Positions 23,666 to 37,805 of a stretch of 64,000 nt of DNA are shown here, piece by piece. The notes under the pieces are model-generated. The model worked only from the letters and a program-made list of their open reading frames with translations, had not been told where the DNA came from and searched no databases. The position numbers and the translations under genes were made by a program. Location of the stretch: contig OX597814.1 of NCBI GenBank assembly GCA_951406725.2, positions 74,214,001 through 74,278,000 of the forward strand. Reading direction: 5' to 3'. Within the stretch, counting starts at the first letter, position 1. Each line of letters opens with the position of its first letter. Source of the stretch: Octopus vulgaris (Eukaryota).

Positions 23666-24039
23666 AATATTGAAGCAATACTAAGATTTGAAATTGTAGT
23701 CTTGTAATTTCAATTTCCATTTTGACATCTAAGATAAAGCTGGCAAATATAGGCTATTACAAACATATAAATATTTTTATGTTTATTATATTTGCACATT
23801 GTTGACATTTTGTGAGTACTTTTTGTTAAACTACATCATTCCAACCAGCATTCAATAAGGAATATCCTGTCTGAAAATAAACACAGATTACTGTTGCAAC
23901 CAACATCAATGTTGTTGCAAGACCAATAATAAATGTAGAGAAACAGTACTGACTTCACCCACTTACACTGTAGCCACCACCAGAGTCTAAAATGATTCTC
24001 AACCTTTTTTTTTTTTTTTTTTTTGCCTGTGGGCCCTTT

Positions 24040-24264
24040 GATTCCTATTTTACAGTACTGGGCCCCCATGTGCAATGAAAAGAAATCTCACTGTATTTTT
24101 ATAAATAAATATTAGGAATTGTATTAAAAATATTTTTTATTTTATCTAGTTTCAGCTCACGAGCTGTGGCCATGCTATATACATTTTGTGTATTGCACAT
24201 AAATTTTAACAATAAACTCTATGAACCTCAAAGGGCCATATGGACACCAGTTGAGATCCCCTGC
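24040..24264. mobile_element. hAT/Charlie-like MITE fragment containing a ~35-bp CR1 tail stub (24140-24177)
   Basis: Ends cagttgagatcccctg followed by ctctagag, a Charlie-type target site. The stub tagtttcagctcacgagctgtggccatgct is the reverse complement of the LINE 3' end at ~54960. Confidence 0.5.
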
Positions 24265-25339
24265 TCTAGAGGTTTGAAAGTTCACAAGGCTGAAAATTAT
24301 TAAATTAATCAAAAGGATCAGTTTGGTATCTAGCTTGTATCTCTTTATCTCTCAATACACACATGCACAAGATTCTGCAATGTAATGTACAAGCATACAA
24401 AACAGTGGAGAACAGAATGTACTTCTTGCAAATTCATAGCTGCATGTTTCAACATATAGCATGGTTCTCATCCAAGTGCAGTTATAGTATATCTGAAGCA
24501 ATAGATTTCTAAGTTGCATGTGACATTTTTGACTGCTGACTTTTTTTTATTACTCTAATCTTGTTTATGGTCAGTATTCTTTCTCATTCTCAAAAACTCA
24601 ATTCTTAAGATTTTTTTTAATCCAGAAAATACTGGTTACCTGAGTGGCCTTATAAAGTTGGCCATTTTTATGTTTCTCCATGGGTTAATGTTGCCTAATT
24701 CAATGATGTTGGCTGCAGTCAGTTGTTGTTGCTCTTTACCCATGGTAGCAGCACTGAATTCTCAATGGTCCAATCCATTTTATTATAATTTCGTAACATA
24801 GAGAACATTGCAATTCTTTTTAAATCTTCAAAAGGCAACCATAAATTCTAGTATTCTTCTCTGGGGAAATACTTAAGTCTGCATACCATCCACTTGATTA
24901 GCAAAGGCCCTCGCATCAACTCACTATAACCTCTGGCCTACAGTTACATTGCTTTCTCATTCGACCTATTCAATCAATTCTACAACAGCCTCTACTTAAT
25001 TTGTCAGGTGCTAACCCAATTCTTTTTAACTGCCACCCCCATCTCTTTCCTTATATTAATCCTACTCTCTACCCCACTTTCCTCTCTTCCATAATGTCAG
25101 GCAATTGAAATTTCTCTCTTGAAGTCCTTGATATACAAATTTTCAAACTGAACATCAACTGTAATTATCTGACTGGTTTTGAAGTGCCTTCAAAGCTTTG
25201 ATTATTCTACACAATAAAACATAAAAACAAGATATATCCTCCTAGGGTAATGTAGATGTCTGACAGTGTAACTGCTGTGGCATAATTGTATCTAAGCCAT
25301 CAAAATAAGTCAAGCATGCAACACAGCATGGTTATGAAT

Positions 25340-26000
25340 AATCATCGTCATCAACATTGAATGTCCATTTTCCATGCTGACATGGGTTGGACAGCTTGAC
25401 AGGAACTGGTAAAGCCAGAGGCTGCACCAGATTCTATAGTCTGTCTTGACTTGGTTTCTTTGGCTGGATACCCTTCCTAATGCCAACCACTCCACAGTAT
25501 ACTGAGTGCTTTTTATGTAGCATCATCACTATTGCTTTGTAAGTGCTACCAGCACCAGTCCTTTTTACATGGCACCAGCACCCACACCAACACTTTAATG
25601 TAGCATCTTGGTTTTAGGACCTCAATTATCTCAGTTCTTTGTCATCTCCTTTGCAAAGTTCAGCGTTTTGAGATCGGCCTTCAAAACTTCATCCTATGTC
25701 TTCTTGAGTCTCCCTTTTCCACAACTTACCTCCACTAAGTGATCAGCACTTCTTTATGTAACTGTCCTCATCCATATGCTTCACATGACCAAACCAGTGC
25801 AGTCTTCTCTCTTGCACACTGCATATAATTCCTCTTATTCCCAGCCTCTCCCTCAGTACACCAATGCTCTATCACACATCTAGTAGAGCATACCAGCTTC
25901 ATTCCTTTCTAACCATTACATGACCTCTGCATTCAGGGCCCACATCTCACTACCATGCAGCATCGCAGTTCATACACATGCATTATACAATTTTTCCTTC

Positions 26001-26044
<44 letters not shown>

Positions 26045-28720
26045 TTGGTTGACAACAGAGGTAAAAGCTCTCTGAACTTTCTCCATCCTATTCTTATTCT
26101 AGTAATTACACTTTCTGTACAGGCTCCTCTACTGCTAATTAGGTCACCTAGATAGCAAAAATTATCTACAACTTCCAGAGAGCCACCAGGACATTTAAGG
26201 AAATCAGTTTCCTGTGTATTTGTGGTCTTTATGGCTCCCTTACATCTTCTCTGTTAATCTTCTAACTATTTCACTGCACCTCTTGTGTGTCCATAGCTTT
26301 CACTGGGTACACCAGATGGATTTCTGCCTACACCCATCCTACATATGAAACAGGGCCACTTACCTGATGGGTGAAGTTTCCTGTTTAATTTCTTGGTGAC
26401 TAGGACCTTGGTCTTTGCTAAGTTTACTTTAAGACCCTTAGATTCCAGTTTATGTTTCCCATATCTGGAATTTCTTTTCTAATTCTGTTAGAGGTACTGT
26501 TATGAGGGCAAAATCATCAACATATAGGAATTCTCATGGGTTTCCAGTCTTAAATTCCTCTGTTGTGGCCTGGAGGACAATGATGAATAGGAGCAGCTGA
26601 GGACCAAACTTGTACACCTACCTGTATACTACTATCATCAGTGTACCCATGGCCAACTCTTACTTTATTAACAGCACCCCTGTACATGGCCTGTACTGCT
26701 TTCACAAGCTATTCATCTATCCCTTGCTTCCTCAGGGACCACCATATCACAGAGCGGGATATTCAGTTGAAGGCTTTCTCTAGATCAACAAATGCCAAGT
26801 ACAACAATTCGTTCTTAACTAAGTAAGTACTTCTCTTGCAGTTGCTTGACTATGAAAATAGCATCAGTGGCACTTCTTCCCGATGCAAAGCTGAACTACA
26901 TTTCATCTTGTCTAATTTTGTTCCTAATTAACTGGGCTATAACTCTCTCCATATATTTCATTACCTGGTCCAGCAAAATTATGCCTCTATAGTTACTTCT
27001 ATCTAAGGCATCTGTCTTGCCCTTGTAGCAGCTGACTATAATGCTGCTGCAACAGTCACTAGAGATTACATCATCCTGAATAACCTGATTAACTATACAG
27101 ATGACTATATTGTATCCAATTCAACCAGATATCTTGAGTATCTTGGTAGTGACTCCTGATGGGTAGGGGCCTTCCCTGTCTTCATATCTTTAATTGCCTA
27201 TCTATCATGCTGCTGTCAACTAGGTCCCTCTGTTGGGTTCATTCTCCACATTTAAGTCTCTCATAGTAGTTCTTGCATGCGTTCCTTTTCAGGATCACTA
27301 AGAGCAAACATACCATTATCTGTCTGTACACACTTCTCTCCCACAACATCTTGATTCTCTATAACAGACTGTCTGGCATCCAGAACACTGCAAGTCTCTG
27401 ATCTTCATGCTGCAAGACTTAGGCAAATTTCTTCCTTTCTACTTCTGCCCTTGCTAGATATACCTGACACCTAGTTTCTCTTTAAGCTATGGTTCTCTAC
27501 AATACCCACTCTTCCAGTCTTTCTAGGTTCATCTCTTCTCTTTTATAGCCCTGTCTATCTCACTGTTCCACCACCATGTCACCCTTGGTCTGGCGGAAGC
27601 TTTGCTTCAACCACAAATCTGTTTTGTTGCCCTTAGTAGATTGTCCCATAAGAATTTCCAGTTGTTCTCTGTCATATGTCTCCATTTCTACCTCCTCATC
27701 AAAGGCTTCATTAACCCTTTGCAGATGGGAAGTGGTACTGACCACATTGAAACAGTGTGTGTAAGCAGTGCCATGTCTTGTTCTGTGTGGCACTGTGTTT
27801 TCAAATATACCACACTGAGAAGAATCTGTAAATACGCTGTAAAATTCCTTGTATGAAAAAATTATATAGTTACTGAACAGCCTAATACTAGTATACAGCA
27901 CAGACTGTCAGTACTAAATCCGTCTGCAAGGGGTTAAGGACATCTCTATATCTCTGCCCATTTGAGCTTCAAGAGCCTCCTTTCCAATATTGGTTTGTGT
28001 CTCAGGATCCTTCAAGCTTTAGTCCGAAGTCATTAACCACTAAGCTATGATAAGTTGTACATTCTTCCCCTGGGAAAGACTGCATTGAGAATATGCCTGT
28101 CCCTGTTTCTGGTGAGGATGTAGTCTATCTGGCTTGTGTGCCCACCAGATTGATGGGTGATGAGATGGCTGGTAGGTTTCCTGAAGTTGGTGTTGCATAC
28201 CATTAAGTCATTTGCATCCCAGAATTCCAGCAGCCTTGTTCCCTCCTCAATTCTGGATCCAAAGCCATACATGCCATGAAAACCAACAGTCTTTTCCAAC
28301 ATGACCATTGAAGTCCCATCTGCTGAAGGGATTTATACAAATGGTCCTTCTGAATATCTGCAAGTCTGACATGTGGTGTGTATGTAGAGATAAATGACAC
28401 TGTTACATTAAACAGGATTAATATTAGCTTAATAATCCTATCACACAACCTGACTACGTCAGTCACCTTATCCACCTATTTCTCTGCCAAAAGAATACCT
28501 ACACCACCTAACCCATCATTGCTTTCCACCCAGAAGAACTTGTATCTATGTTTCTTGCCCACGAACCATCTTGCTGAGACTGCATTCCATCATACCTCTT
28601 GCACACACCTCCACTCAAGCATTTCAACAATCTCACCAGATCTACCTTTCATGATGCCAACATTGATTGTGGCAGCTCCGTGCTTATGAACCTAAGATGC
28701 TTGGGAGGCAAGTTGTGGGG
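25340..28720 (-). mobile_element. Near full-length degenerate RTE LINE
   Basis: APE motifs (GFGSRIEEG, NTNFRK, SQIDYIL) at 28045-28690; RT remnants (FVDLEKAF, LYVDD) at 26500-26800; RTE 3' terminus with (GAT)n-like tail at 25340. Confidence 0.85.
27715..27933. mobile_element. piggyBac-like MITE inserted in the RTE
   Basis: TTAA on both sides (27711-27714, 27934-27937); TIR CCCTTTGCAGATGG / CCGTCTGCAAGGGG. Confidence 0.85.
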
Positions 28721-29992
28721 GATGTTTTCAGCACTTGGAAAGATTTTAGCAGTCTCTTGCCTGAAGGCAATGGGTCCTTCAGCTTGGTGTAAGCAGTTAC
28801 AGGTACAGGTTGCAGCATGGATTACAATTACCATTTCCTTCAGTCTTGTAAAGCCTTCATGGATACTCAATTATGGGAAGGAAGGGAGCAAATAAATTAG
28901 AATTTTTCAATATTATTATTAAGGTAACAATTATTCTATGCCACACACATAATATATATGTACTTCTAAATCATCATCAGAGTCACATTGTAGACATATA
29001 TACATAAACATATACTAATATACATAAGTGTGTACACATTATGCAGTATCCCTGTAAAAATGTAACCTTTGGATAAAACACAGAAATTGCAGTAGCTGAA
29101 AGTATTGAAGCTCCTCTAGTTTATCCATTTGTTATATTTTACAACAAAACATACTTAATGATTTCTGGACACACACACATGTATATATATTTCTTGCAAT
29201 TAGATTAAGGAAAGCATTCATAAACTTGGTTAAAACAACAATATCACTTTAAACTTCCTATACATCACTTAATCCTTGAAAATAGCACATTTTACCCTTA
29301 AAGAAACTTCAAGGACAAAATACAGTACATCAAAATCAATTGCAATCATTCTATCCATCATTCTTAAGAAACTTTGTCAAAACATTTTTCTTGCAACTGT
29401 CAAACAATTCTTCAGATATAACCTCATTTAATAAATCACCCAGTATTTATTATAACACTTAGTGGTTTTAATGACAAAATTCAATATATAGCTATAAGTT
29501 GGAGCTAGTAAATTCATAAAACCATTTCTGAAAGTGCTACATATAGAGATCAAATGCAGAACCCAGAGCAATGTGGTTACAAAGCCAACATCTTAAATAG
29601 ACAACCCTAACCATGTGGCCATGCTGTTGCTATTTTAGTTATTGGATTTGTAAAACTGCTAGAGGTTTGGGCAAGGTGCTTTTCAGTATCTGCCTCTGCT
29701 CTTTGCATTCTGACAGTTTGTAATGACATGGGTGTCAGGCTGTATCAGTCCAAGTTAACAGCCTTTTTCCTTGGATAAGCATGAATGGCAAGTAGAACAC
29801 AGACTTGCATGTATGGGCAACTGTTATCTTCCTCAAAATATCATGCCTTGGTCTGCATACACATGTGCAGATGCATGAACAACATTACTCAACTTGAAAT
29901 TCCGAACCAATATATTGTATATGTATTCATGTAGGATCTCAATTAAGAACTAAGGCTGTTGACTATAGACTTTGCTCATGGATTACAATTAC

Positions 29993-30031
29993 CATTTCCT
30001 TCAGTCTTGTAAAGCCTTCATGGATACTCAA
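29993..30031 (-). other. Candidate 39-nt exon (LSIHEGFTRLKEM)
   Basis: Polypyrimidine acceptor tcttccttcccatAG and donor GTaatt; open only in phase 0; duplicated at 28832-28870. Confidence 0.4.
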
Positions 30032-30067
30032 CTATGGGAAGGAAGACAGCAGATAAATATCAAATTC

Positions 30068-30870
30068 GGATCTTTTCCTTTTGAACGGCACTTTTCAACA
30101 CGATTTCTAGTTAACTAAACACTTTTAAACTTTGTATACTGGTAGAATGTGTTTATAAAACACCATTTTTTCTTGGCTTTATTGAGAAAATTCTATATGT
30201 TGTAACATATTTCATCTTTAATTTCGAGCATTTCGGCAATTTTAACCAATTGCTGGCCTCCATTTAGGTAAATAACATTCTCTGCATAATGAATATGTCC
30301 CTCCTTTAAGAAACAGACTGGGTTTATTTACATTTGTGAAGAAAAAAGATAGCCTTCCCCCACCTATAACCCTAACCCTAAATCTAAAATAGATTGAAAT
30401 GCAATAGATTGATACTAGGGTTATAATTATGGGTGACATTTTCATTTGACACCGCTAGAAAAAAATCCCATTTTCCATAGCGGTGTTGTATGAAATTGTC
30501 ACCCATAATTATAACCCTAGTATCGATCTATTGCATTTCAATCTATTTTAGATTTAGGGTTTGAGTTAGGGTTAGGGGTGGGGTAGGGTATCTTTTTTCT
30601 TCACAAATGTAAATAAACCCAATCTGTTTCTTAAAGGAGGGACATATTCATTATGCAGAGAATGTTATTTACTTAAATAGAGGTCAGCAATTGGTTAAAA
30701 TTGCCGAAATGCTCGAAATTAAAGACGAAATATGTTACAACATAGAATTTTCTCAATAAAGCCAAGAAAAAATGATGTTTTATAAACACATTCTACTAGT
30801 ATACGAAGTTTAAAAGTGTTTAGTTAACTAGAAATTATGTTACAAAGTGCCGTTCAAAAGGAAAAGATCC
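30068..30870. mobile_element. Palindromic GGATC MITE, second complete copy
   Basis: Highly similar to 19496-20264; TSD tcaaattc at 30060-30067 and 30871-30878. Confidence 0.93.
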
Positions 30871-31149
30871 TCAAATTCTGTTAAAGAGGTGAACATATTT
30901 ACTAATGTTCTACATGGCTAAAGTCATATGGAATAAACCTTCCAGTCACTTTGGTACCTACTTTTCAGCATTGAAATGACTATGAAAATATATGTAAAAG
31001 TTTGGTGGACAGATTGATAAGATACAAAAAGCATACTCATTATCATGCATTTCTGACCAGTTACAATGGTTATCCATTGTACAAACTTATTTTACAAATA
31101 ATTTTTTAAATACTCTTAGACCAGTTAGATTGATGTGGCTAATTTTAAA

Positions 31150-31600
31150 CTTAAGCTCTTACTTCTATAAGTTGATGACTGCAGAAAGGGAATTCAGCAA
31201 AAGGAGTTCTGGAAATGAAATAGATGAGTTGGGTATATAATTGTGAAGAGTAGACCCCATTTAAGTAGCTGTAGAAGGGGTAGAGTTATGAAACAGTGTG
31301 CCTGGGTAAGTAGTTGAATTGTGTTGGTGTATGATTCATCTTCAATCAATTGGATAGATTTTTTTTGGATATGTTCAGAAAAGTTCAAGCATCTGCAGCA
31401 CTAGCCAAGTTGCGGAACAGTATTTTGTTGTAGAGTCTTTCATGAGATTTATAAAAATTCAGCCACTGTTCAGAACTGAAGTACCTTCTGGACCCAATGC
31501 GGAAGGCTAGTCTTCAGAGATTTTGATATGTTATGAATGTAAGATTGTCAGAAGAGATCATCAGTGATTGCAAGGCCTAATATTTATAATGACTTTGAGG
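31150..31600 (-). mobile_element. Highly degenerate CR1/L2 3' fragment
   Basis: Minus-strand remnants (HIQKKSIQLIED..IQLL) resemble the CR1 ORF2 C-terminus. Confidence 0.4.
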
Positions 31601-32719
31601 GTTCTAGTTGCTTGTTGCTCATAGCTGATTTATTACAAAACAAAGAATGCAGAGAGATGAAAGTAATGTTAGGTGTTCTATCTCAAAGTACAAACATTAT
31701 CCAATATTTTGCTATTTTATTTCTTCTGAATTAAACCAACTGCTGAAATGCAGAGTTATAGATTGGAATTTTTTAACTTGGTAAAATAACAGCCAAATCT
31801 CCTACAAATCACACCACACCATTCTAAAAACGGGACACATTGGATAATGTAATCTTAGATATATTATGTCTGAAAAAGTCAGAATGCCTTTTGATCATGG
31901 GTTTGCTAAATATGGGCTCATCTGTTTCTAGATAACAACTGATATTGTATTGACACAGCAAAAATTCGAAGTCAGATTCAAATGTGATTTGAATATGAAA
32001 TGAAACAGCTGTGTGAATGTTATGACTTTAGATTGACCAGCAAACCTTATTGTTTGTCATTAGCAAGTAACTAATAAAGAAAATATAATAGATATTGCAA
32101 CAGCCAAAAGGACTTGAAAAATTACTTAACTTCTAATATTTGAAGTTATTCAAACAATTGAATATCTATTTTGTTTTTCAGTAAATGTAGAAGCATTTTA
32201 AGCTCATATAATAAAGCAGACATATTAGATTTTAACAGAAAAAGTGAATTGCAGATAGCGAATATCATGCTAAGCTAATGTATAGGTAGTGACTATGGAA
32301 ATAATTGAACGATTAGTAATAAAACCCAGTCAGAATTCCATTTAAAGAAATCTAAAGAAATGCAAAATAAACAATTGCAGAAAATGTAATTAGGAATTTT
32401 CCTGTTCTACAACCTAAGGGAGAGTACTCAACCATTAATTCTTTTAATAAAATACTTCACCTTCACTATCAGCATAAGTAGAAAAAAATAAGCAAAACAT
32501 TAAAATGCTGAATTAAGTATTTAGATTCCTGTCTAAGTGAATTGACCTTTCATTCGTTAGTTTCAATAAAATAGATATCCATTACATATACAAGTATGTA
32601 CATACAATGTTTGCTTATATCTATAAATTATATTCTTTTGATACAGTCTTGGATGTTTTGTATAGCAGTAGCATTGTCCTGGATTCAATCTTTAGAATGC
32701 AGTTTTTGCCGTATTATAA

Positions 32720-32935
32720 TCCTTTCTACAATAGGCACAAAGCCTGAAATTTTAGAGGAAGGTGGGAGTAGTTGATTAAATCAACTCCAATGCTCAACTA
32801 GTACTTATTTTATCAACCTCAAAACAATAAGAGGCAAAGTCAACCATAGCAGAATTTTAACCCAGAATATAAAGATGGACAAAATGTCACTAAGCATTTT
32901 GTCCAGTGTGCTAATGACCCTGCCAGCTTGCCACC
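32720..32935 (-). mobile_element. Nin-type SINE
   Basis: Same motifs as 23470-23665. Confidence 0.65.
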
Positions 32936-35900
32936 TTTTTTTCTAGGTTATAAGTGGGATCACCAGACCAAGACTAGGGAGAGCATGTAGAATAATTATG
33001 TATCTACTTTTGAAGGAAACAAAACTGTCAAGTTGCCATTAGAGAATGTTTTGAGAATCTCTAAAACACAAATTTCCGAAGAGAGGATATGACTGGCATT
33101 TCAGATCATGATTTTGATCATTACTGAAATTGTCAGTTCTTATGTACCTACCACTAGTAAGAGAATAAAAAAGTATCAAAGGAATACTAATTAAATACCA
33201 TTGAATATGCCAACACATTCCAAATGATTAAAGTATGCAGTAATTTTAAACATTTGAATTTTGTACAATCACCACCACCACCACCACTACTACTAAATGA
33301 AATAATGTAAAAGTGAAAAATGTATGTTTTAGAAAAAATAAATTTGCAAGTTTATTTTCTTTGTTTTAAAATGTGTACATTTGAAAGATTTGCATTACAG
33401 CATCAAAAAGTTGGGAAAAAACTACAATTTTCTCACAGGAAGAAAAAAAAAAACCAGTTTCAGTGTTTACTGCTTATATATAACCAAACACCATTGAAAG
33501 CATACATACAATAAAGTGTTGAAATTTTTGTGAAATACAATTTACATAACAAAGAATATTTTAACTGGCAATAACCACAATAAGATAGTTCTCACAGGCT
33601 TTTTTTTTAAAAACTTCTAATTAAAGAAAGAAAAAAACTTAAGGACTTAGGGTTTTTTTTTTTCTTCACAAACTTTTGGAGATTAACTAGTAAAATTATT
33701 GATTCTATAACAATTGGGCAAAAACTGCAGGATGATTGTAAATACCTTGTATACTAAGTTTGCAATATTTGTTTGATTCCTAGCGGAGTTTTTTCATTCC
33801 TCAATCTCTTATTTCTGTGATTTCTGACTAATATCAGGCTTGCAGAGAGGAATTCTATCTACCATGTTTACTTGTCATCAATACACAACACAAAGATTTC
33901 AGTGGTAATTAATGACCTAAGAAAAGTTAATTTCAATAACGTGTTACATGTGGTATACTCAAATTTGGATAAATGTCAAATGATTTGATATTGTAATTAG
34001 AAAATTGTTTAAATAAACTCCATTACCACCAACAAGTCTGATAACATTAATTTACTTTGACAAGGCACAGGATCAATTTTAACAGATAGAAACTCAGTTG
34101 CTTCCTGTATTTATTTTTACTGACATTATAGAAATGAAATATAAAGTCACCCAGCCTTATTTTGAGCTCCAGGGAGCCACAAATCAAATGTTAAAAGAAG
34201 AATTTAGACAGACAGAAATCATTTTTTACCAAATCCATTATTAGAATCTATACAAGCAGAGAAGAATAAATTCTATGAAAACTTGAAACCAACTTTTGAA
34301 TGAAAGAATTTCACTGGTAATATCTTTTTATTTTAATGTGGAATGTGTGGCAAGAGAGTTTAGTTATGAGCTGTCTCACTGAAAACGAAGTATTTTCTAT
34401 ATGACTTTTTATTATAGTTATTTTAATGAAGATAACACAATAAGATTTAAGATTGGTTGGCTTTTACAGAAGGCACAAAGGCCATTTATAAGAAATAAGA
34501 AGTTGTGAGGTCCTGTCTCTTCCAAGAGTATTAGTAATATAAATTGAAGCAAAATCGTTTCAACAAAAGATCAGTACTGTCACAGTCTCACCTTGCTGGG
34601 AACTTATCATTGGCTCTACAGGTTAAAAAAAGCCATATTAAAAGTAATGTGTGTGTGTGCACGCATGTGTGAAATTTAATGGATATGATCAAGATAATCA
34701 TGCACCAAACTAAGTGCTTTACAATATTAAATTTCTTTTTGATTTCAAATTTAAAAACCGTCAACTTTAGTAATCACTCCAAAGTCAAAATAAGAACCAG
34801 TAGTAAATTACAATAAACTCAACAGACTATAAACTCGGCTAAACCCCCAAATTCACCTTTGTGCCTAGCTTAAGAATTGGTATATATAAGAAGAGAAAGC
34901 TTTGAAACAAAGTTATTTACAATTATCAAAGATGTGTTTACAGCTTTGATATTAAGGTTATAAATACAGGCATGCAATTTTTCAATTAATAAAGATAACA
35001 TCTGGTGGGTGAAAGTCATAAACCAGATGCAGGCAGTAGACAGCAAAACTGCCTTTATAAATCGAACAAATTAGAGACTATGTTTAAAGCTGTAAAAAAT
35101 ACATCTTTGATAATCAAAATTTAAATTAATGGTGTGAATAATTTTGTTCTGAGCTATATTCAACACAGTATGTTTTAAATGTATTATAATACTCTTGTGT
35201 ACTTAAAATTTGTGCCTCTTAGAAAAAATGTAAATTAAATTAAGATATATGAAACAAATAGTAATGCACAAATAAATCATGTGTAAAACATAATACTGAA
35301 ACAGGACTTGCATATATTAAGGTGTAGTGTATCATTTTAAAATAAAAGACAGTGTAATAACACGTCACCTTAAAAAGATTGGTTAACCTCATAAGAAGGA
35401 ATAAATATGGTACCAAGAAGACAAGATGTCAAACTCATAAAATAGGTCCAAACTGAGCTCTTATGACATGTTAATTAATATAAACTGATTCACAAGATAC
35501 TCTTACATTTTTTGTTCAAAACAAAAATTATATTGCTCCAGGACATACTTAAGTCAGTAGACCTGTTTGTAGTAAGTTTCTCAAGGAACTTTGAAACAAA
35601 TATATAACCAGCACTGCAAAGTTATGGCTGATTTATAATTCATTCTAATAAAAGATTTTGTAAGTAATTTTTTAAGAAATAAGCAGCCAGAACTAAAATT
35701 TAACTAATAAAAGTAATTTACAACATATATCTTTAAATGCAAAAATAAAAAGAAAAGAAGATTATTCAACTAATAATATGCAAAATGAAAACTTCTGACA
35801 GAAAAAGAGAATGTGAAAATATTAAATATCATTCAAGAATTTAAGGTGAAAAATTTAGTAATACATATAAAAACAGATATAAAATTATATATACATCTTT

Positions 35901-37657
35901 AGAATACTTGAAAATTTCTTCCTTCAGAGAAAAAAGATAAAAAATATTGATACATAAACTGAAATATTTTTTTATTTGAAATTTCATAACATAACATGAC
36001 TGTGAGAACATTTATTAAATTATAGTTACCATGGGAGAATTATATAAGAAAAAAAAAAAGAGAGCTTTAACTTATATTATCTCTCTCAACACATTTTGTC
36101 TTTCAACAATCGAAGTTTTTTCAATAGTAGGTTTATGAAGTTATTCTGTTATCACAAACTTGTAGGAAATATTTGTATTAAGACATATTTTTTTGATTCC
36201 CTTTAATTGCTTACTAAAGGTAATTTGATTTAAAAAATTAATTACTACATGTAAGGATGCCCTTAAAAATCTAAGCTTCAAGTGTCAAACAACTTTATTT
36301 ATGATGAATAACTTATAGGAATCTCGTTTCTTTAAAGTACTAAACAGATATTGAAATGAAATTCAACTGTATAGATTGGCAAGATTTGTTTATTAATTTT
36401 GTAAACTATTACATTAAAAAAAATTATGCCAAAATAAATGAAATGCAAAGAATTTTCTCACTGGCAAAAAAAAAAAAAAAAGGTTGGATAAAAAAGTATT
36501 TTCTTTAAAAACAATATAATAAAAACACTATAAATCTTGAAGGTTTCTTGAAAATGAGTAATATTAAGTTGTCCCTTTCATTCTCTAATAATCTCCAGGT
36601 CCATCATATCATGCCTACATACTTATGGTTTTTCTTCAAAGAGAAAAATCTGTCATCAGATGTGTGAACCATACCAGGAAGGAAAAGTATTATCTAGATA
36701 ACTGTAATTATTTTTCATAATATTTAGATTGTTAATATTAGAGAACTTTAAAAAAGGGTTTCAAGGTACAAAACTAAAATGTGCTGTTGTATAAAATGTT
36801 AGGAAAGAATAAAGGTAAGTGTGGCCAGCTTCCATCTAAGATGAAATCCAACATGTTGGAGGAATAAATTAAATGCTCTTTCAACTTTTCACAGGATGCT
36901 CACAATATTAAGGATATAATACTTGGAGGATTATTGGAAAAAGATTCCTTTGGCATTTTGTATGATTGACATTAAATATATCAATAAAATGTCAATTGTT
37001 TTCAAATTTGAAATTTAAACAACCTCAACAAAATAACATATATTTACTGATATATAAGATATCATAGACAATAGTGAATACAATTCTTTTTCAAGAAAAT
37101 ATGTATTGTTTGACTAATACCATGATGGCACATTACAAGTCACTGCTTCTGAAAGTTAGAGAGTTGGTTAGATGAATTTCAAGAAATTTGGAATAAGCAA
37201 ATTATTTGAATGAAAAATACTGAGTAGTAAATAATTTTATATAGTTTAACATGATTGTCATGGCAGTGATGAAGACAAAATAAAATTAGAAACTAACTTA
37301 TTGAACTTGCTAAATATATGAAGAAATAAAGAGTAACCAATGAAGTTTTATAGCCAGAGTTTTTAACTTGTCTAAATTCTCAATTTAGGTAATTTATGAA
37401 GTCTAGTAAAAAAAAATAAATGCACTTGATTGTCAGCTTCTATTTTAAATGCACAACTTTAATTTTATAAATGTTATTTAGGTGATGACAATACTTATCA
37501 CATAATTCTGGAGTAAATTTCATAGCTTTAATAATTTTGTTTTCGTAAATCATGATTGATGGATAACAGTTACGAAGAGAAAGGAGAATAGAAAAACTCA
37601 TGTTAATGTATAACTGGTGACTAGGACTACAAATCTGAATCTCAGAGGTTAATATAA

Positions 37658-37805
37658 CTTGATCACAAGGTCTGGAGAACTGAACAAATGGTATCAATGT
37701 AACACAGTGTCAGTTGGTCAAGAGGTCTGGTAAACTGAGCTAGTATTGTTAATGTAGCTTGGTCAGAACGTCTGGAGAGCTGAGCTAGAGATGTAGGTGT
37801 AGCCT
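37658..37805. repeat. Degenerate ~45-55-bp tandem repeat x3
   Basis: ttg(a/g)tca....gtctgg..a.ctga.c.a......aatgta repeated three times. Confidence 0.6.
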
